Assembly (NCBI GenBank): GCA_054600435.1
Contig: BAAIJX010000005.1
Location: 620,001 to 684,000 of the forward strand
DNA from: Neophaeotheca triangularis
Lineage: Eukaryota
Direction: 5' to 3'
Length of the DNA: 64,000 nt
Both the position numbers and the translations under genes were made by a program. Position 1 is the stretch's first letter, and each line of letters starts with the position of its first letter. Shown here piece after piece: positions 11,301 through 22,304 of this stretch. The notes under the pieces were generated by a model, which did no database searches, was not told the origin of the DNA, and worked only from the letters and a program-made list of their open reading frames with translations.

Positions 11301-13674
11301 TCGGCAGTCCTGTACTTTTCGAGCAAGTCAATGATGCGAGTGGGACCAAAGAGGTCGGAGTACTTCTTGGCGATGTTGATGACGGCCTGCAGGTTCTGGC
11401 GGATGTTGACCTTGAGCATCTCGTCCAAGCACTCCATTGCAAGGTCGACGGTGAGACGGCCAAAGTAGTTGATGATGAACTCCTCTGGGATCTTGTCGCT
11501 TTGCACGATGACCTTCTTAATGCTAGCAGGGTCTTCGTAGTGCTCAAGAGCGCGAGTCATTAAGCCTGCATTCTCGCACAACTGGGCAACACGCTGCTTG
11601 TCGTAGTGTGAGAACATCTCATTGCCAAGAATGGCATCGGCGACCTGTGGCGCGTTCATCAGGTTCATCTCGAGCAACCTCGTCTGGAGGTGGCCTTGCT
11701 CAGGTTGGTTGCCTGCTAGGGCGTCGAGAAGGAAGGCGGTGGCTTGCTGGATCATGCCCTGAGACTGGAAGACGTCAAGAGCTCTGTCGATGTCGATGAG
11801 TCCGGGGTCTTCACGGGCAATGCTTGTGGCGAACTCGGCAGCCTTGTCTGGGTTGACCCTCGCAATGTGCTGCAGAAGCCCGTTGAAGTCAGGTTGGTAG
11901 CCGGCCGATCTCGAGTACGGAAGGATTTGATCAAAGTTGCCCGACTCGGCCATGGCTGCAATGACTTTCTGAGACGCGCCGGCCTCTTGGTAAATCGACT
12001 GAGCCAAAGCCGCATCGTGCATGCGAACTAGGTCACCAAGCTGCTCGGAGCAACCAAGCTTGCCTTCCTTCATCCACTTGTCGAGCAAGTGCTTGCGGTT
12101 CTGCGAAAGCACAGGACGGGCCAACTCAATTGTCTCATGTTCGTTGAGCTTGCCCTTGTCGAGAAGCATACCGAAGTACTGCAGGATGACAGAAAGCTGA
12201 CCCTGCTGTTGCGGCACGTTCTTGAAGCGCTCGATCGTTTGGGGCGTTCGCAGAAATCCTTGGGGGGAGTTGGCAGCAACCTTTGCGGCTTGCTGGTAAT
12301 CTCCTCCGTTCAATAGCGCGTCAAATCGCTGCTGGTACAAAGTATCCGCACCTGGCAGACCAGCTCTGGAAGCCAGCTTGTAGGCCAACTCCGAATTCTC
12401 CGGGTTCTGCAGAAGGTATGGAATGATAGTGTTCTCATCCACGCTCACAGATAGCACCTGACCCTTCCTGTTCACGCCTACGATGCCCGAACCGTCCTCG
12501 TCGCCTGCGGTTGTGAAGATCGTGTCGCTCGAAATTCGGTTCATGAAGATTGTTGTGCCTGTCTCGAGGTCGTACAAGTGGATGAAGCCGTACTTGGTAA
12601 CCAAGTAGATCACTTTGTACTTGCTAGAAACTTGCATGGCCACGGGGAAGTCGTTGGTCGCTTCGGCAGGGAAGTAAATGTCGACGGCCTTCTTTTGAAA
12701 CTGAGGATTTGGCGCGCTGTGATCGACCTCGACAATGTGCAGCTTCGCGCCAGTTGCTGAACGGTTGGCGAAGGTGAAGAGTTTCGTGTCGGCAGGGGCG
12801 TCCTCCATGCGAAGCGTCCCGAATGCAGCTGCATGACCCTCGATGGCCTGGCTAATGCCTCGCGCTTTGGAGTATAATTGCATGCTTCCCACCACGCGAC
12901 CTTGCTGCTGGGAAATACCTACTACGACCATCCAGCTCTCATCATCGCTAACGCGGTAGTTGATGATTTGGCATCCCTACAAGTCTTCGTCAGCGCCAGG
13001 ATTAGCAACCTAAATTTATGCTCTTCAATTTACCGAAAGATTCTGGTTCCTCTCGAAGACCTTCTGCGGCTGGGCCTGGCTAGGATCGAAGATATTCCAG
13101 TGGTAGACACTCGTATCCGTGACCAATCCCAATGACGTCTCGCTGAACCACTTCCAGAAAACCACATCTTCGGCCATGGTCGTGCTCTTGATCTTGCTCT
13201 TCTGCGCCAGGTCGAAGATTTGTAGTGTTTTGCCGCCAGCCTTGAGCGCAATGATCTCCTTGTTCCAGTGCATGATGGCGCTGTCGGCTTTGATCGGTCT
13301 CTTCATTACGCTGTTGTTGTTCTTGAGGTTGACGATGACAACCTGAGGGGAGGCATTGTCGTCGACTCTCTCGCGCACGCAAACAAAGTGGTCGGATTCT
13401 AATGTCTTGATTGGGAATTAGCGTAGACTCGCTGGCAAGCCCTGGAGTATTACTTACACATGTGTTGAAGCCAATCGATTGTTGCTTCCAATCTGCGTCA
13501 GTATTTATGCTCACACTGGTGCCTCCAGGCTGATATAAGCTTGGGTCACGAACCGATATTCCAATCGAGTTGAGCTGGAAGGCGTTGGTTAGCTACAGCT
13601 CCGTGGAGAAACGGTGAGAACCGGGGATAACTCACCTGCAACAGCTCGGTGAACTTGATGGGGAGCGGCGCCAT
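8351..13674 (-). CDS. CHC1: Clathrin heavy chain (multi-exon)
   Basis: N-terminus MAPLPIKFTELLQ|LNSIGIS|QQSIGFNTC|TLESDHFVCVRE, followed by RPIKADSAIMHW, NDFPVAMQVS, KYGFIHLYDLET, CHCR repeats, LGLER|AHMGVFSELGIALSKY and the C-terminal hub. The ORF-track pieces are joined by short introns. Confidence 0.97.
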
Positions 13675-14686
13675 GTTTGCGGACTCAATGGGGCAGCCTC
13701 ATTAAGATACCAGCGAGGCGCAACGCTTCTCCTGAAGACCAACTGGCCCTAGTCGCGTCGCCGGATGTCGCGCGAAGTCCGGTGAAGAGATGGCGGGGAG
13801 TAACGAAGGTGGAGTGGTCGTGACGGGCGTGAACAGACTATGAGGCCTGAAGTTGAGAGGGTAAAGTATGGAAGGGAGAGGTTGGTTATTCTCAATAGGT
13901 TACGTTGTAAGGTAGCTGGAAGCAAGCAGGTCTGGCGGGCCATCTCGCTCGAGCCTAGCGGCTCTTGGAACTTGTTGATTCTGATGCCTGATGTTCAAGG
14001 CAGAACATATGGCTTGGCATTACAGAAGTTCACAACCAAGGTCCATGGGTACCTCGCACATCCCAGCTCCCAGATCCCTACGTCCAGCAGATGGATACAG
14101 TAGATCAAGTGACTCATAATCGGCTATCAATCTGGATACCCAAAGAGATTGCGTGAGAGAAATAATCTTGGCCGAGATGCTGTACAAACAAAGCCAGCTT
14201 CAAGGAACTGTGTAGTTGGACACAATAGTATCTACTGAGCCAAATATAACGGACTCGATAGCTTGCGTGAAACACAGTGTTTCACTTAGCAAGACCTTTG
14301 GTAATCTCCTTCACATGGCGAAACCAGAATTGCGTTGTGAGAAGATGTAGGACGGTGATACATGCATAAGCGAGGCGATTGCGCGCAGCCGGAGACGCAC
14401 TAAAGGCGTTTCCGTCGTCACTCGCCGTTCCCCACCAAAGGTCCTCTTTCTCCCGATTCTCCCCTCGTCTCGCCCACACTTCATTTCACAAATACACCCC
14501 CTCCAGCCTACTTTCTACGCGCATCCCTCTTCCTCACACATCTTCTTATTGTTTGCGGTCCAAGTCAGCTGCTCTTCATCACCCTAGGCACCGTGAAAAC
14601 CATCGACTGCCCCGCACCCACACTTCGCACACGCGACGAACAATCTCACGCACCACCAACAAAGCCAACTCGAGTGACCCGCAATC

Positions 14687-15588
14687 ATGGCGCCCTCCAA
14701 GGCACCCACCTCCTGGGATGATGAAGAGTCTGAAGGCAGCACCCCGCCGTCCTCGCCGCCTGTCATAACGCGACGCAGCAAGTTTGACGATGAGGAGGAC
14801 GACGCCGACGTTCTCGACGACTGGGACGCAGCCGAAGACAGCGAGGTTGAGCGCGAGAAGGCGAAGAAGACCGCGGAGGCTAAAGCAAAGGCCGAAGCTG
14901 AGGCAAAAGCCAACCACAAGTCCAAGAGCCAGCGCATCGAAGAGAAGCGCGCTGAGGCTGCGCGCCGGCGGCAGCTTGACGAGCTGGATGCTGAGGATAG
15001 CGAGGAGGACGAGGCTGCTAAGCGCGCAAGAATTCGCGCCGCTGAGAAAGAGAACGACCTGAAAGTCGCAGAAGACATGTTGGGCGGTATGGACAACATC
15101 GGTGTCTCCGACAAGCGTGGCGCCGTCAAGCCCGTCACGATCCAGGAGAGCGAAGACCCAGCCGACGCTATTGACCTCAGCAAACTCAAGCTGTTCAACC
15201 CTACCACCCCGGCTCAGTTCATGAAACTTCGCGAGACTATCGTTCCTCTCCTCACGGCCAACTCGAAGAAGCCGCAATACGCTATCATGATGCCCGAGCT
15301 CGTTAAGCAGTTGACTGCGGAACTGAATAGTGAGCAGATGCGCAAGGTCGCAACCGCCGTTACTACGCAGAGCAACGAGAAGATGAAGGCCGAGAAGGCT
15401 CAAGAGAAGGGCGGCAAGAAGACCAAGGCAGCGAAGACCAAGGGTGTGCTCAACGCGGACAAAGGCATGGCCAACCGTGCCGATACTACTGCCTACGACG
15501 ATGACGGCCTTGGAGAGTAAGTTACTTCGCGCGCGATTCAGTCTAAACCCACAGCTTGCTAATCCGAACTAGCGACGACTTCATGTAA
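14687..15588 (+). CDS. HCR1: Translation initiation factor eIF3 subunit J
   Basis: Motifs SWDDEE, KFDDEEDD..VLDDWDAAEDSEVEREKAK and EKMKAEKAQEKGGKKTK. A last intron (GTAAGT..CTAAT..TAG) adds the typical DDFM* ending. Confidence 0.92.
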
Positions 15589-16228
15589 GCGACTGCTGAT
15601 CCTACGACATCGATGAAGACGGCAAACACGAGTCGGACACGCGACCATACATCTTCCAAGGGAATAGGCGTAGGTGCTCCAACATAGTGAATTGCCGATG
15701 CGTACACAATTAGCGGGTGGGAATTGAATTGGGGAAGGCAAAATGGGGTGGGCACGGCATGGACGGGGGGCTTAATAGAGGAGGCGTTGGCACCTTGATG
15801 ATATCCAGCTTAATGCTTTCTTTTGCGTTTCCCTAGGCTACGGTAAACATGGTTCGAAGTCTCTCTACATACCATACCTTATGTTAATAGCCACTTCTTT
15901 GTACAATGTGGTATTCGTGAATTGCTCCTGGCGTTCTCTGACCATGTACGCTGTCCGTGCTCTAAAAAGTTGGTGGCCCGCGCTTTCTGCGATCTACACT
16001 TTTTTCGTCAACCTCATCTCTCGTGTTGCTGCGTGAACACTCTTTCAACGATACTTTACTTTTCTCCGCTCGCTCGTGTATTTGTACCGTAGCCGGTCTT
16101 TTGCTTGCTGTGCGCCGTAGCAGTGTTTCTTGAATTTGCACATATATCCTGTAGCTTTACAAATTCCAACGAGTGGCTAACGAAAAGTCGCTACTAGCTT
16201 CTCTGGAATTACGCGAATCGATCTTACT

Positions 16229-19200
16229 ATGGCAAAGCGGAAACAAGACGCTGTTGAAAATCCTGGTGGTTTGGAGGCCAACATCAAAGCCAAGAACAAG
16301 AAGCCCCGGCATTCGAAAGGTAGCGCTGAAACCTCAAGACTGCATCCCAGCTCCAAAACTACCTCTCCCGTGAAAGCGACGAATATACCCAAGGCCAAGC
16401 GTGCCAAACCCCGGACTATTCAATCTGCCGGGGACCATGCTGCACGACGACGAAAGGAACAAGCGGAGAAACGGAAGTCTCTCCCCAAAGACGCCATCTC
16501 AGAAGCAGCAACAGATTCCGAGAAAACGCCTTGGACTGAGGTAGCAGCACCTTTGACCACCAAAGAGGTCCCAGTACAGGATGCTGTGGCGTCAGCTCCG
16601 ACCATCGGACCGAGCAGAGTCCCATCCGGTGCACTGCCTAGTGGAAAGCAGTGGATACTCGCCACCGAGGACGAAATCGCACGTCTAAAGGCGGAGCGCA
16701 AACAGCTGAGAAAGGAGAAGCGGAGGTCAAAGGCACGACTGGAAAGGACTGACGGCCTGTCTAATGCGCTGCCTTCGACTGAAGTGGATGGCAAAGACGA
16801 AACGAGCGATTCGAAGTTGACCTCTACGACTCCTGTAGCCGACTTGAAGGCCGAAGCTGCTCGTCGGAAAGCGGAGCGCAAGCAGCGAAAGAAGGAGCGC
16901 AGGTCTTTGGCAGAGAATGTGAACCACCAGCCACGTAGCCTTAGCCCCTTGAATCAATCCGAAGTCGAGGAGCTAGACAGGACGGGTGCCAACTACTCAC
17001 CAGGCGAGGTGGGCTCCGAAAACGCACCTACTGCCGTGGACGCTCAACAATCAGCAGGACTCAAGAAAACCAGAAAGCAGCGCAAGGCTGCTGCCGAGGA
17101 CGCGAAACATCAATTACGCAGTCCTAGTCCACTGACGCAAGCCGAAGTTGAGGAGTTAGAGAAGACAGGAGCCGACTTGTCGCGAGATGAGGTCGACCCA
17201 GGAGATGCTTCCCCTACATCTGCTACTGATCTCGCAGCCAGGCGCAAGGAGAGAAAGAAAAAGTCCCGCAAATCTCGCGCAAGGGAAGGAGATAAAACTC
17301 CCGCGTCAGCAGCTATGTCCATCGATGGGCATCAGAGCACCAATCACTCCGGCGCCATCCCCAACAATGATGATCCATTGACGCCTTTGCTTGGGTCGAA
17401 AGAATTACTTGAAGCGGATTCAGGACAGCACGAGAACAACTCAGCCTCCAACGACAACGAAAAGCTTTCCAAAAGGCAACGTAAGCGGAAACAGGCCAAA
17501 GAACGCGCCCGCCAGCTTGAAGAAATCGACACGAAGAACAATCCATTTGCAAACCAGGCCTCCTCCGCAGAGCCTATCGAAGTCGAGGCCGAGGCGCTCG
17601 AAACGCCGAAAACCGCACCAAAAAAGCTACCGGACGCTCTGACAACCGTCTCCTCAACGTCTTTACTCACAGCACCAGAGAAGAGCTGGGCCGAAAGCTC
17701 GCCGATATCTATGGACGTCGAGGAGGGTGGCGTTGATCTGGTAGCAAAGTTTGATTCGCCAAACAGGCTCACAAACCGTAGCCCGCAGCACGAAAGAGGG
17801 CACGAAACTACCAAGCCAAGGACACAGACGGTAGCGCCAAACAATGCAGCCAAGAACAGCAAAGCCCTTCGAACACCATCTGATACCGGAGCCGCCTTCG
17901 CCGCGCTCAAAGCGCCTGTTTTTGGTTCACACCGCGAGAGCCTGAGTGGGAACCCATCGCTAGTATCGAAGAGAGCGACCGCCGTACCTACTTTCAACGA
18001 CAGCAAGAACATGGCTGAGACATGGAAGAAGATCAGTGCTTTCTACGGCAGCGATAGCGAATCCAGTAGTGAGAGCTCTGAAGACGAGAAGAATAGGAAA
18101 GGGGCCAGCGTCGCACCACAATCAGCACCACAAACAATTGGCGACAATGCCGAGAGTCAGGCTGGCGAGGGCGCGCTTGACGTTGGGGCACATAATGATG
18201 CACTGGGACGAGACCTGCGCGCCGATCAAGCAAAACTGTCAGTCGGCGAGCTTACGGATATTGCAAAGACCGCGGACCGTACTGCAAGCAAGGAAGCACG
18301 TGCTAATCAAGATAAGTCGGACGAAGAGAGCGGCGACATACCCATGAAAGACAGCGCATTGTCGAGCGGCGATTCCGATGGAAGCGAAGCCGAAAGTGCA
18401 GGCCACGAGTGCGACGCTGCGACGTCTGCACAAGAACAGCAAGCAGACGAAATCGCACCTCCAATCGTGCCCTCACACTTATCTCCAACCTCTGTGGAAG
18501 CCTCTGACTTACCCTCGAAGACGAACACTTCACTCTTCGGCCTCGATGATAGCCAAGGGAACAACAAGCCAGCCCGAGTGAATGCTCCCGACGAAGACGA
18601 CAAAGAGTTGGACGACTCTCTCAATGATGTATCAAAAGGAGTCTTCGAAGCCACTCGAGAATTGCCACCAAGTAAGCCACAAACACCCTGCGAAGCTCCA
18701 GCGAAACCACCGCGAGCAGTTGAGCATGAGAAGCTCATACAAACACCTCACAGTGATCATCTAGATTCAAGCATAAGGGATGAACGGAGGACAAAAAGAC
18801 GATCGCTCTTCGGCAGCTTAATCCGGGACAGCTCGCCTGTGGTCATGATATCTAGTCCTACCGTGATGATGCTTAGGGATATTGAATACAGTGGTTCGCC
18901 GCCAAAGCCACAAGAGCGCTCTTCGAGCCCCTTGAGCGATTTGGGCAAAACACCTAGCCCACCGCGAGCTTCTCGAAGTGCATCTCTAGACTCAGATGTT
19001 TCCAAGCCAACGGAAGCTGCGGGTTCGGCAAGCCCTCATGAACATGCGGGCACTCCGGCTGCGCAGCTTAAGAAGAAGCGTAAAATGACTGGAGCTACGA
19101 GCAAGCATTTCAGTACCAGAATGAAGAAATCGATCCTCAGACCACGTCCAGTGCGTCCAGAGTCTGGTCCATCTGCTGCTGAAATTGCACTAGAAGACGA

Positions 19201-20383
19201 GCTGGCTGGACAATCGGCAGCGCTTGATCACGATCACTTACACCTTTCTTGGCAGAAGGATGGAACACCAAAGGGCAGAAGCAAGGGGCGGGGACTCGTC
19301 GTTGCTAAGGAGGAGGAGGCTCAATCACCAAGCGCGTCAGAGTATGCAGGCTCCGAAAATGAAAGGCCGGCGAAACGCAGAAGTCGGAGGCCAGCGGCTA
19401 AAGGGACAGGAAAGACTAGCCAGTATTTCACGCCATCCAAGACTGTTCGCCGAGAGGATGACACAGCCTCGCCAACACCACTGAGCTCGAAACGCAAGGC
19501 ACGTGTCCCTGCTGGTACCTCGACGTCCGTAGTACCACCAATTTCAGACGAACGGTTTGGTTTGATACAGGAGAAGCTCTTCTTGGAGCCCTTCTGGCTA
19601 CTGATTGCAGTCACGTTCCTGAACAAGACTGGTGGTAAAGCAGCGGCACCGGTATTCTGGCAACTCAAAGCAGACTATCCCACTCCCGCCGCTCTCGCAG
19701 ATGCTAGTCAGAAGGACCTGCTTGACCGTGTCCGCCATCTAGGTTTGCAGACTCAACGCTCAAACCGTCTCATCGCCATGGCAAAAGCCTGGCTCGACGC
19801 TGGGCCGGTCGTGGGCGTGCGATATAGAACTCTCCATTATCCGGCGGCTGGCAATGGAAAGGAATTCAGTAAACATGACGCCATCGAAGGTGATGTCGAA
19901 GAGTGTATTGGAGCCATTGAAATTGGCAAAGTACCAGGTTGTGGGCCATATGCCTGGGATAGCTGGCGCATTTTTTGCCGGGACGTTCTGCGGGGCGTTG
20001 CTGAGGACTACAACGGCAAGGGCACGGAGCCTGGGTTCGAGCCGGAGTGGAAGAGGGTGCTACCGTTGGACAAGGAGTTGAGAGCCTGTTTGAGGTGGAT
20101 GTGGATGAGGGAGGGGTTCGCGTGGGATCCACTGACAGGGAAGCGCCGAGATGCAACCGCTGAGGAGTTGGACAACGCAATGCACGGACAAATGCGGGAT
20201 CTGCAGGCTGAGGTTGGGGTTGAGGGGGAGGTGAACCCATCAGAAGGTGCTGCTGAAACAGATGGCGGGCAGGGCGGGATGGTTCGGGGCACGGGTGGAG
20301 ATGGAGGTGCGGATGGAGATGAGCGAGATGCGTTGGATCAGGAGGTCATGAAAGGCGAAATCGACGTCAGACAAGAGAAATAA
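16229..20383 (+). CDS. MBD4-like HhH-GPD DNA glycosylase with a ~1100-aa low-complexity N-terminus
   Basis: The C-terminal FGLIQEKLFLEPFWLLIAVTFLNKT..YPTP..HLGLQTQR..PGCGPYAWDSWRIF matches the MBD4 glycosylase signature. Single 1384-aa ORF. Confidence 0.85.
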   Translation: MAKRKQDAVENPGGLEANIKAKNKKPRHSKGSAETSRLHPSSKTTSPVKATNIPKAKRAKPRTIQSAGDHAARRRKEQAEKRKSLPKDAISEAATDSEKTPWTEVAAPLTTKEVPVQDAVASAPTIGPSRVPSGALPSGKQWILATEDEIARLKAERKQLRKEKRRSKARLERTDGLSNALPSTEVDGKDETSDSKLTSTTPVADLKAEAARRKAERKQRKKERRSLAENVNHQPRSLSPLNQSEVEELDRTGANYSPGEVGSENAPTAVDAQQSAGLKKTRKQRKAAAEDAKHQLRSPSPLTQAEVEELEKTGADLSRDEVDPGDASPTSATDLAARRKERKKKSRKSRAREGDKTPASAAMSIDGHQSTNHSGAIPNNDDPLTPLLGSKELLEADSGQHENNSASNDNEKLSKRQRKRKQAKERARQLEEIDTKNNPFANQASSAEPIEVEAEALETPKTAPKKLPDALTTVSSTSLLTAPEKSWAESSPISMDVEEGGVDLVAKFDSPNRLTNRSPQHERGHETTKPRTQTVAPNNAAKNSKALRTPSDTGAAFAALKAPVFGSHRESLSGNPSLVSKRATAVPTFNDSKNMAETWKKISAFYGSDSESSSESSEDEKNRKGASVAPQSAPQTIGDNAESQAGEGALDVGAHNDALGRDLRADQAKLSVGELTDIAKTADRTASKEARANQDKSDEESGDIPMKDSALSSGDSDGSEAESAGHECDAATSAQEQQADEIAPPIVPSHLSPTSVEASDLPSKTNTSLFGLDDSQGNNKPARVNAPDEDDKELDDSLNDVSKGVFEATRELPPSKPQTPCEAPAKPPRAVEHEKLIQTPHSDHLDSSIRDERRTKRRSLFGSLIRDSSPVVMISSPTVMMLRDIEYSGSPPKPQERSSSPLSDLGKTPSPPRASRSASLDSDVSKPTEAAGSASPHEHAGTPAAQLKKKRKMTGATSKHFSTRMKKSILRPRPVRPESGPSAAEIALEDELAGQSAALDHDHLHLSWQKDGTPKGRSKGRGLVVAKEEEAQSPSASEYAGSENERPAKRRSRRPAAKGTGKTSQYFTPSKTVRREDDTASPTPLSSKRKARVPAGTSTSVVPPISDERFGLIQEKLFLEPFWLLIAVTFLNKTGGKAAAPVFWQLKADYPTPAALADASQKDLLDRVRHLGLQTQRSNRLIAMAKAWLDAGPVVGVRYRTLHYPAAGNGKEFSKHDAIEGDVEECIGAIEIGKVPGCGPYAWDSWRIFCRDVLRGVAEDYNGKGTEPGFEPEWKRVLPLDKELRACLRWMWMREGFAWDPLTGKRRDATAEELDNAMHGQMRDLQAEVGVEGEVNPSEGAAETDGGQGGMVRGTGGDGGADGDERDALDQEVMKGEIDVRQEK

Positions 20384-21395
20384 TAACGGAGGCTGGTGCT
20401 GAAGGCATTAGCAGTTCAGACATAGAGGTCATGCCGCGTAAGGCGGGCTCTACGAGGCAGTAAGAGAGAGAAAGACGAGACGTGCCAATGCTGCATGGCG
20501 AGCTTGGAGGCTCCATATGTTGGCCGGCCGAGAAAAATGAAAAGGAGGTTTCGATCGAAACAAAACTCTCGACAAGAGGGCGGATTCAATAGTGTTTCTG
20601 CCAGCGCTCGATATCAACCATACACAGCATATACGGCAACGCAAGTAGCCTTGGCGAAAGAGGCTCTAACATTGCCTTGCATAGCGGCGACCAGTCGTAG
20701 CGAGGCGTTTGTGCCACCACGGCCCTACGCGTGGACGCCAACCCTCTCCGCAAAGCCAAAGCCAAAGAGCAAGCCGCTAAACCCCCGCAATCCCGCTTTC
20801 GCTAGACCACACCCAGGACAATCTATGAGAGGAGCAGAATCGAGTTCAAGCTTCACCGCCAAACTACCATTATCTCATCATCTACCTTAGTCAACTTAGG
20901 GGGAACATGCACAACAAGCGAACTGTGAACTGCTAACTGCTACCAGCAGGTACGTACCGTATGTATTTGCTAACATCACAGCAAGCTGCCCGATCCTGGT
21001 AGTACCGCGGATGCTCGAAATAGCGAGTAGACAAGCGATTTGCTCTAGGACAAGCCCTGGGCGTGCACCGCATAGACTGGTCCAGCGATGTCTTTAGTAA
21101 ACAGAAAAGCAATCCATGGCTAGCACCTTGGTGTTTGGCACTCAATCACTACTTCCTTGGAGCCGCGCATACCCCAGTCGTTGGGCAAAACACCCAGAGC
21201 CAAGTCGATGTCAGAGATCCCCCCGACCATGATTCAGGACCTCGTCACGGCATAAAAGGTCCCCGCCCTCCCACATTCCAATCCTTCGCTTTTTTCTTGT
21301 CCTCAAAGCAAACCTACTCGATATCCCTGTAACAGTCAACGTTCGCTACACACACAGTCGCTACACTTGCAACTCAAGTCCTCTTAACCATCAAG

Positions 21396-22304
21396 ATGCG
21401 TTACTCCATTATCCTCACGGCCGCTGCCGCCGCCTCCGTCTCTGCCCATGCTGTTGGCAAGCGCCAGGACTCCCACGAGGTCGAGGCCCATGAAGGCTGC
21501 ACCTACACTGCCGGTGTAGAGTACGTTGATCCAAATCTACCCAGCCAACCATAGCACTGTCACTAACACTTCCACAGGCACTGCGATGCCCAGCCCGCTG
21601 AGCCTGAGCACGAGCCCCAGGTCCAGCCTGAGCAGCCCGCTCAGTACGACGACGACGACGACAAGGACGGTGAATACGATGACGACAAGGACATGGACGT
21701 CCCTGCTGAGCCCGTCGAGCCTGAGCACCAGCCCGAGGCTCCTGCTGAGCCCGAGCACGAGCCGGAAGTTCCGGCTGAGCCTGAGCACGAGCCGGAAGTG
21801 CCAGCTGAGCCCCAGCAACCCGAGGAGCCCAAGGAGCCTGAGGTTCCCGCTGAACCTGAGCACGAGTCTGAGGTACCAGCTGAGCCCCAGCAGCCCGAGG
21901 AGCCCAAGGAGCCGGAGGTTCCCGCTGAGCCCGAGCACGAGCCTGAGGTGCCCGCTGAACCTGAGCACGAGCCTGAGGTACCAGCTGAGCCTGAGCACGA
22001 GCCTGAGGTACCAGCTGAGCCTCAGCAGCCCGAGGAGCCCAAGGAGCCTGAGGCTCCCGCCGAGCCAGAGGTTCCCGCTGAGCCCGAGGTTCCCGCCGAG
22101 CCTGAGCAGCCCGAGGAGCCCGCTGAGCCCGTCGTGCCTGCGCCTGCGCCTGAGCCCGAGTACCCCGCTGGTAACGTCACCGAGCCCGTCCCCGCTCCCG
22201 ACCGCAGCGACGAGCCCGTCCCCTTCGAGGGTGCCGCCAGCAAGAGCGGCGCCACGTTCAGCCTGGCTGCCTTCATCGCCGCCATTGCCGCTTTCGTGAT
22301 GTAA
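21396..22304 (+). CDS. Secreted GPI-anchored Glu/Pro-rich repeat cell-wall protein (2 exons)
   Basis: Signal peptide MRYSIILTAAAAASVSA and a Kex2-type KR site. The intron GTACGT..CTAAC..CAG joins GVE|HCDAQP. PEVPAEPEHE repeats follow, then the GPI signal FEGAASKSGATFSLAAFIAAIAAFVM*. Confidence 0.85.
21700..22130 (+). repeat. Coding minisatellite: 30-nt (PEVPAEPEHE) and 45-nt (PEVPAEPQQPEEPKE) units
   Basis: Tandem gagcctgagcacgagcc/ccagctgagcc units are visible in both DNA and protein. Confidence 0.9.

Noticed and set aside
20495..20890. 131-aa ORF downstream of the MBD4-like gene
   Set aside because: It has no motif or other support and is probably UTR or intergenic sequence.
21700..22130. 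Regularly spaced repeats that could suggest a CRISPR array
   Set aside because: They are in-frame coding repeats without unique spacers, in a eukaryotic context with no cas genes.
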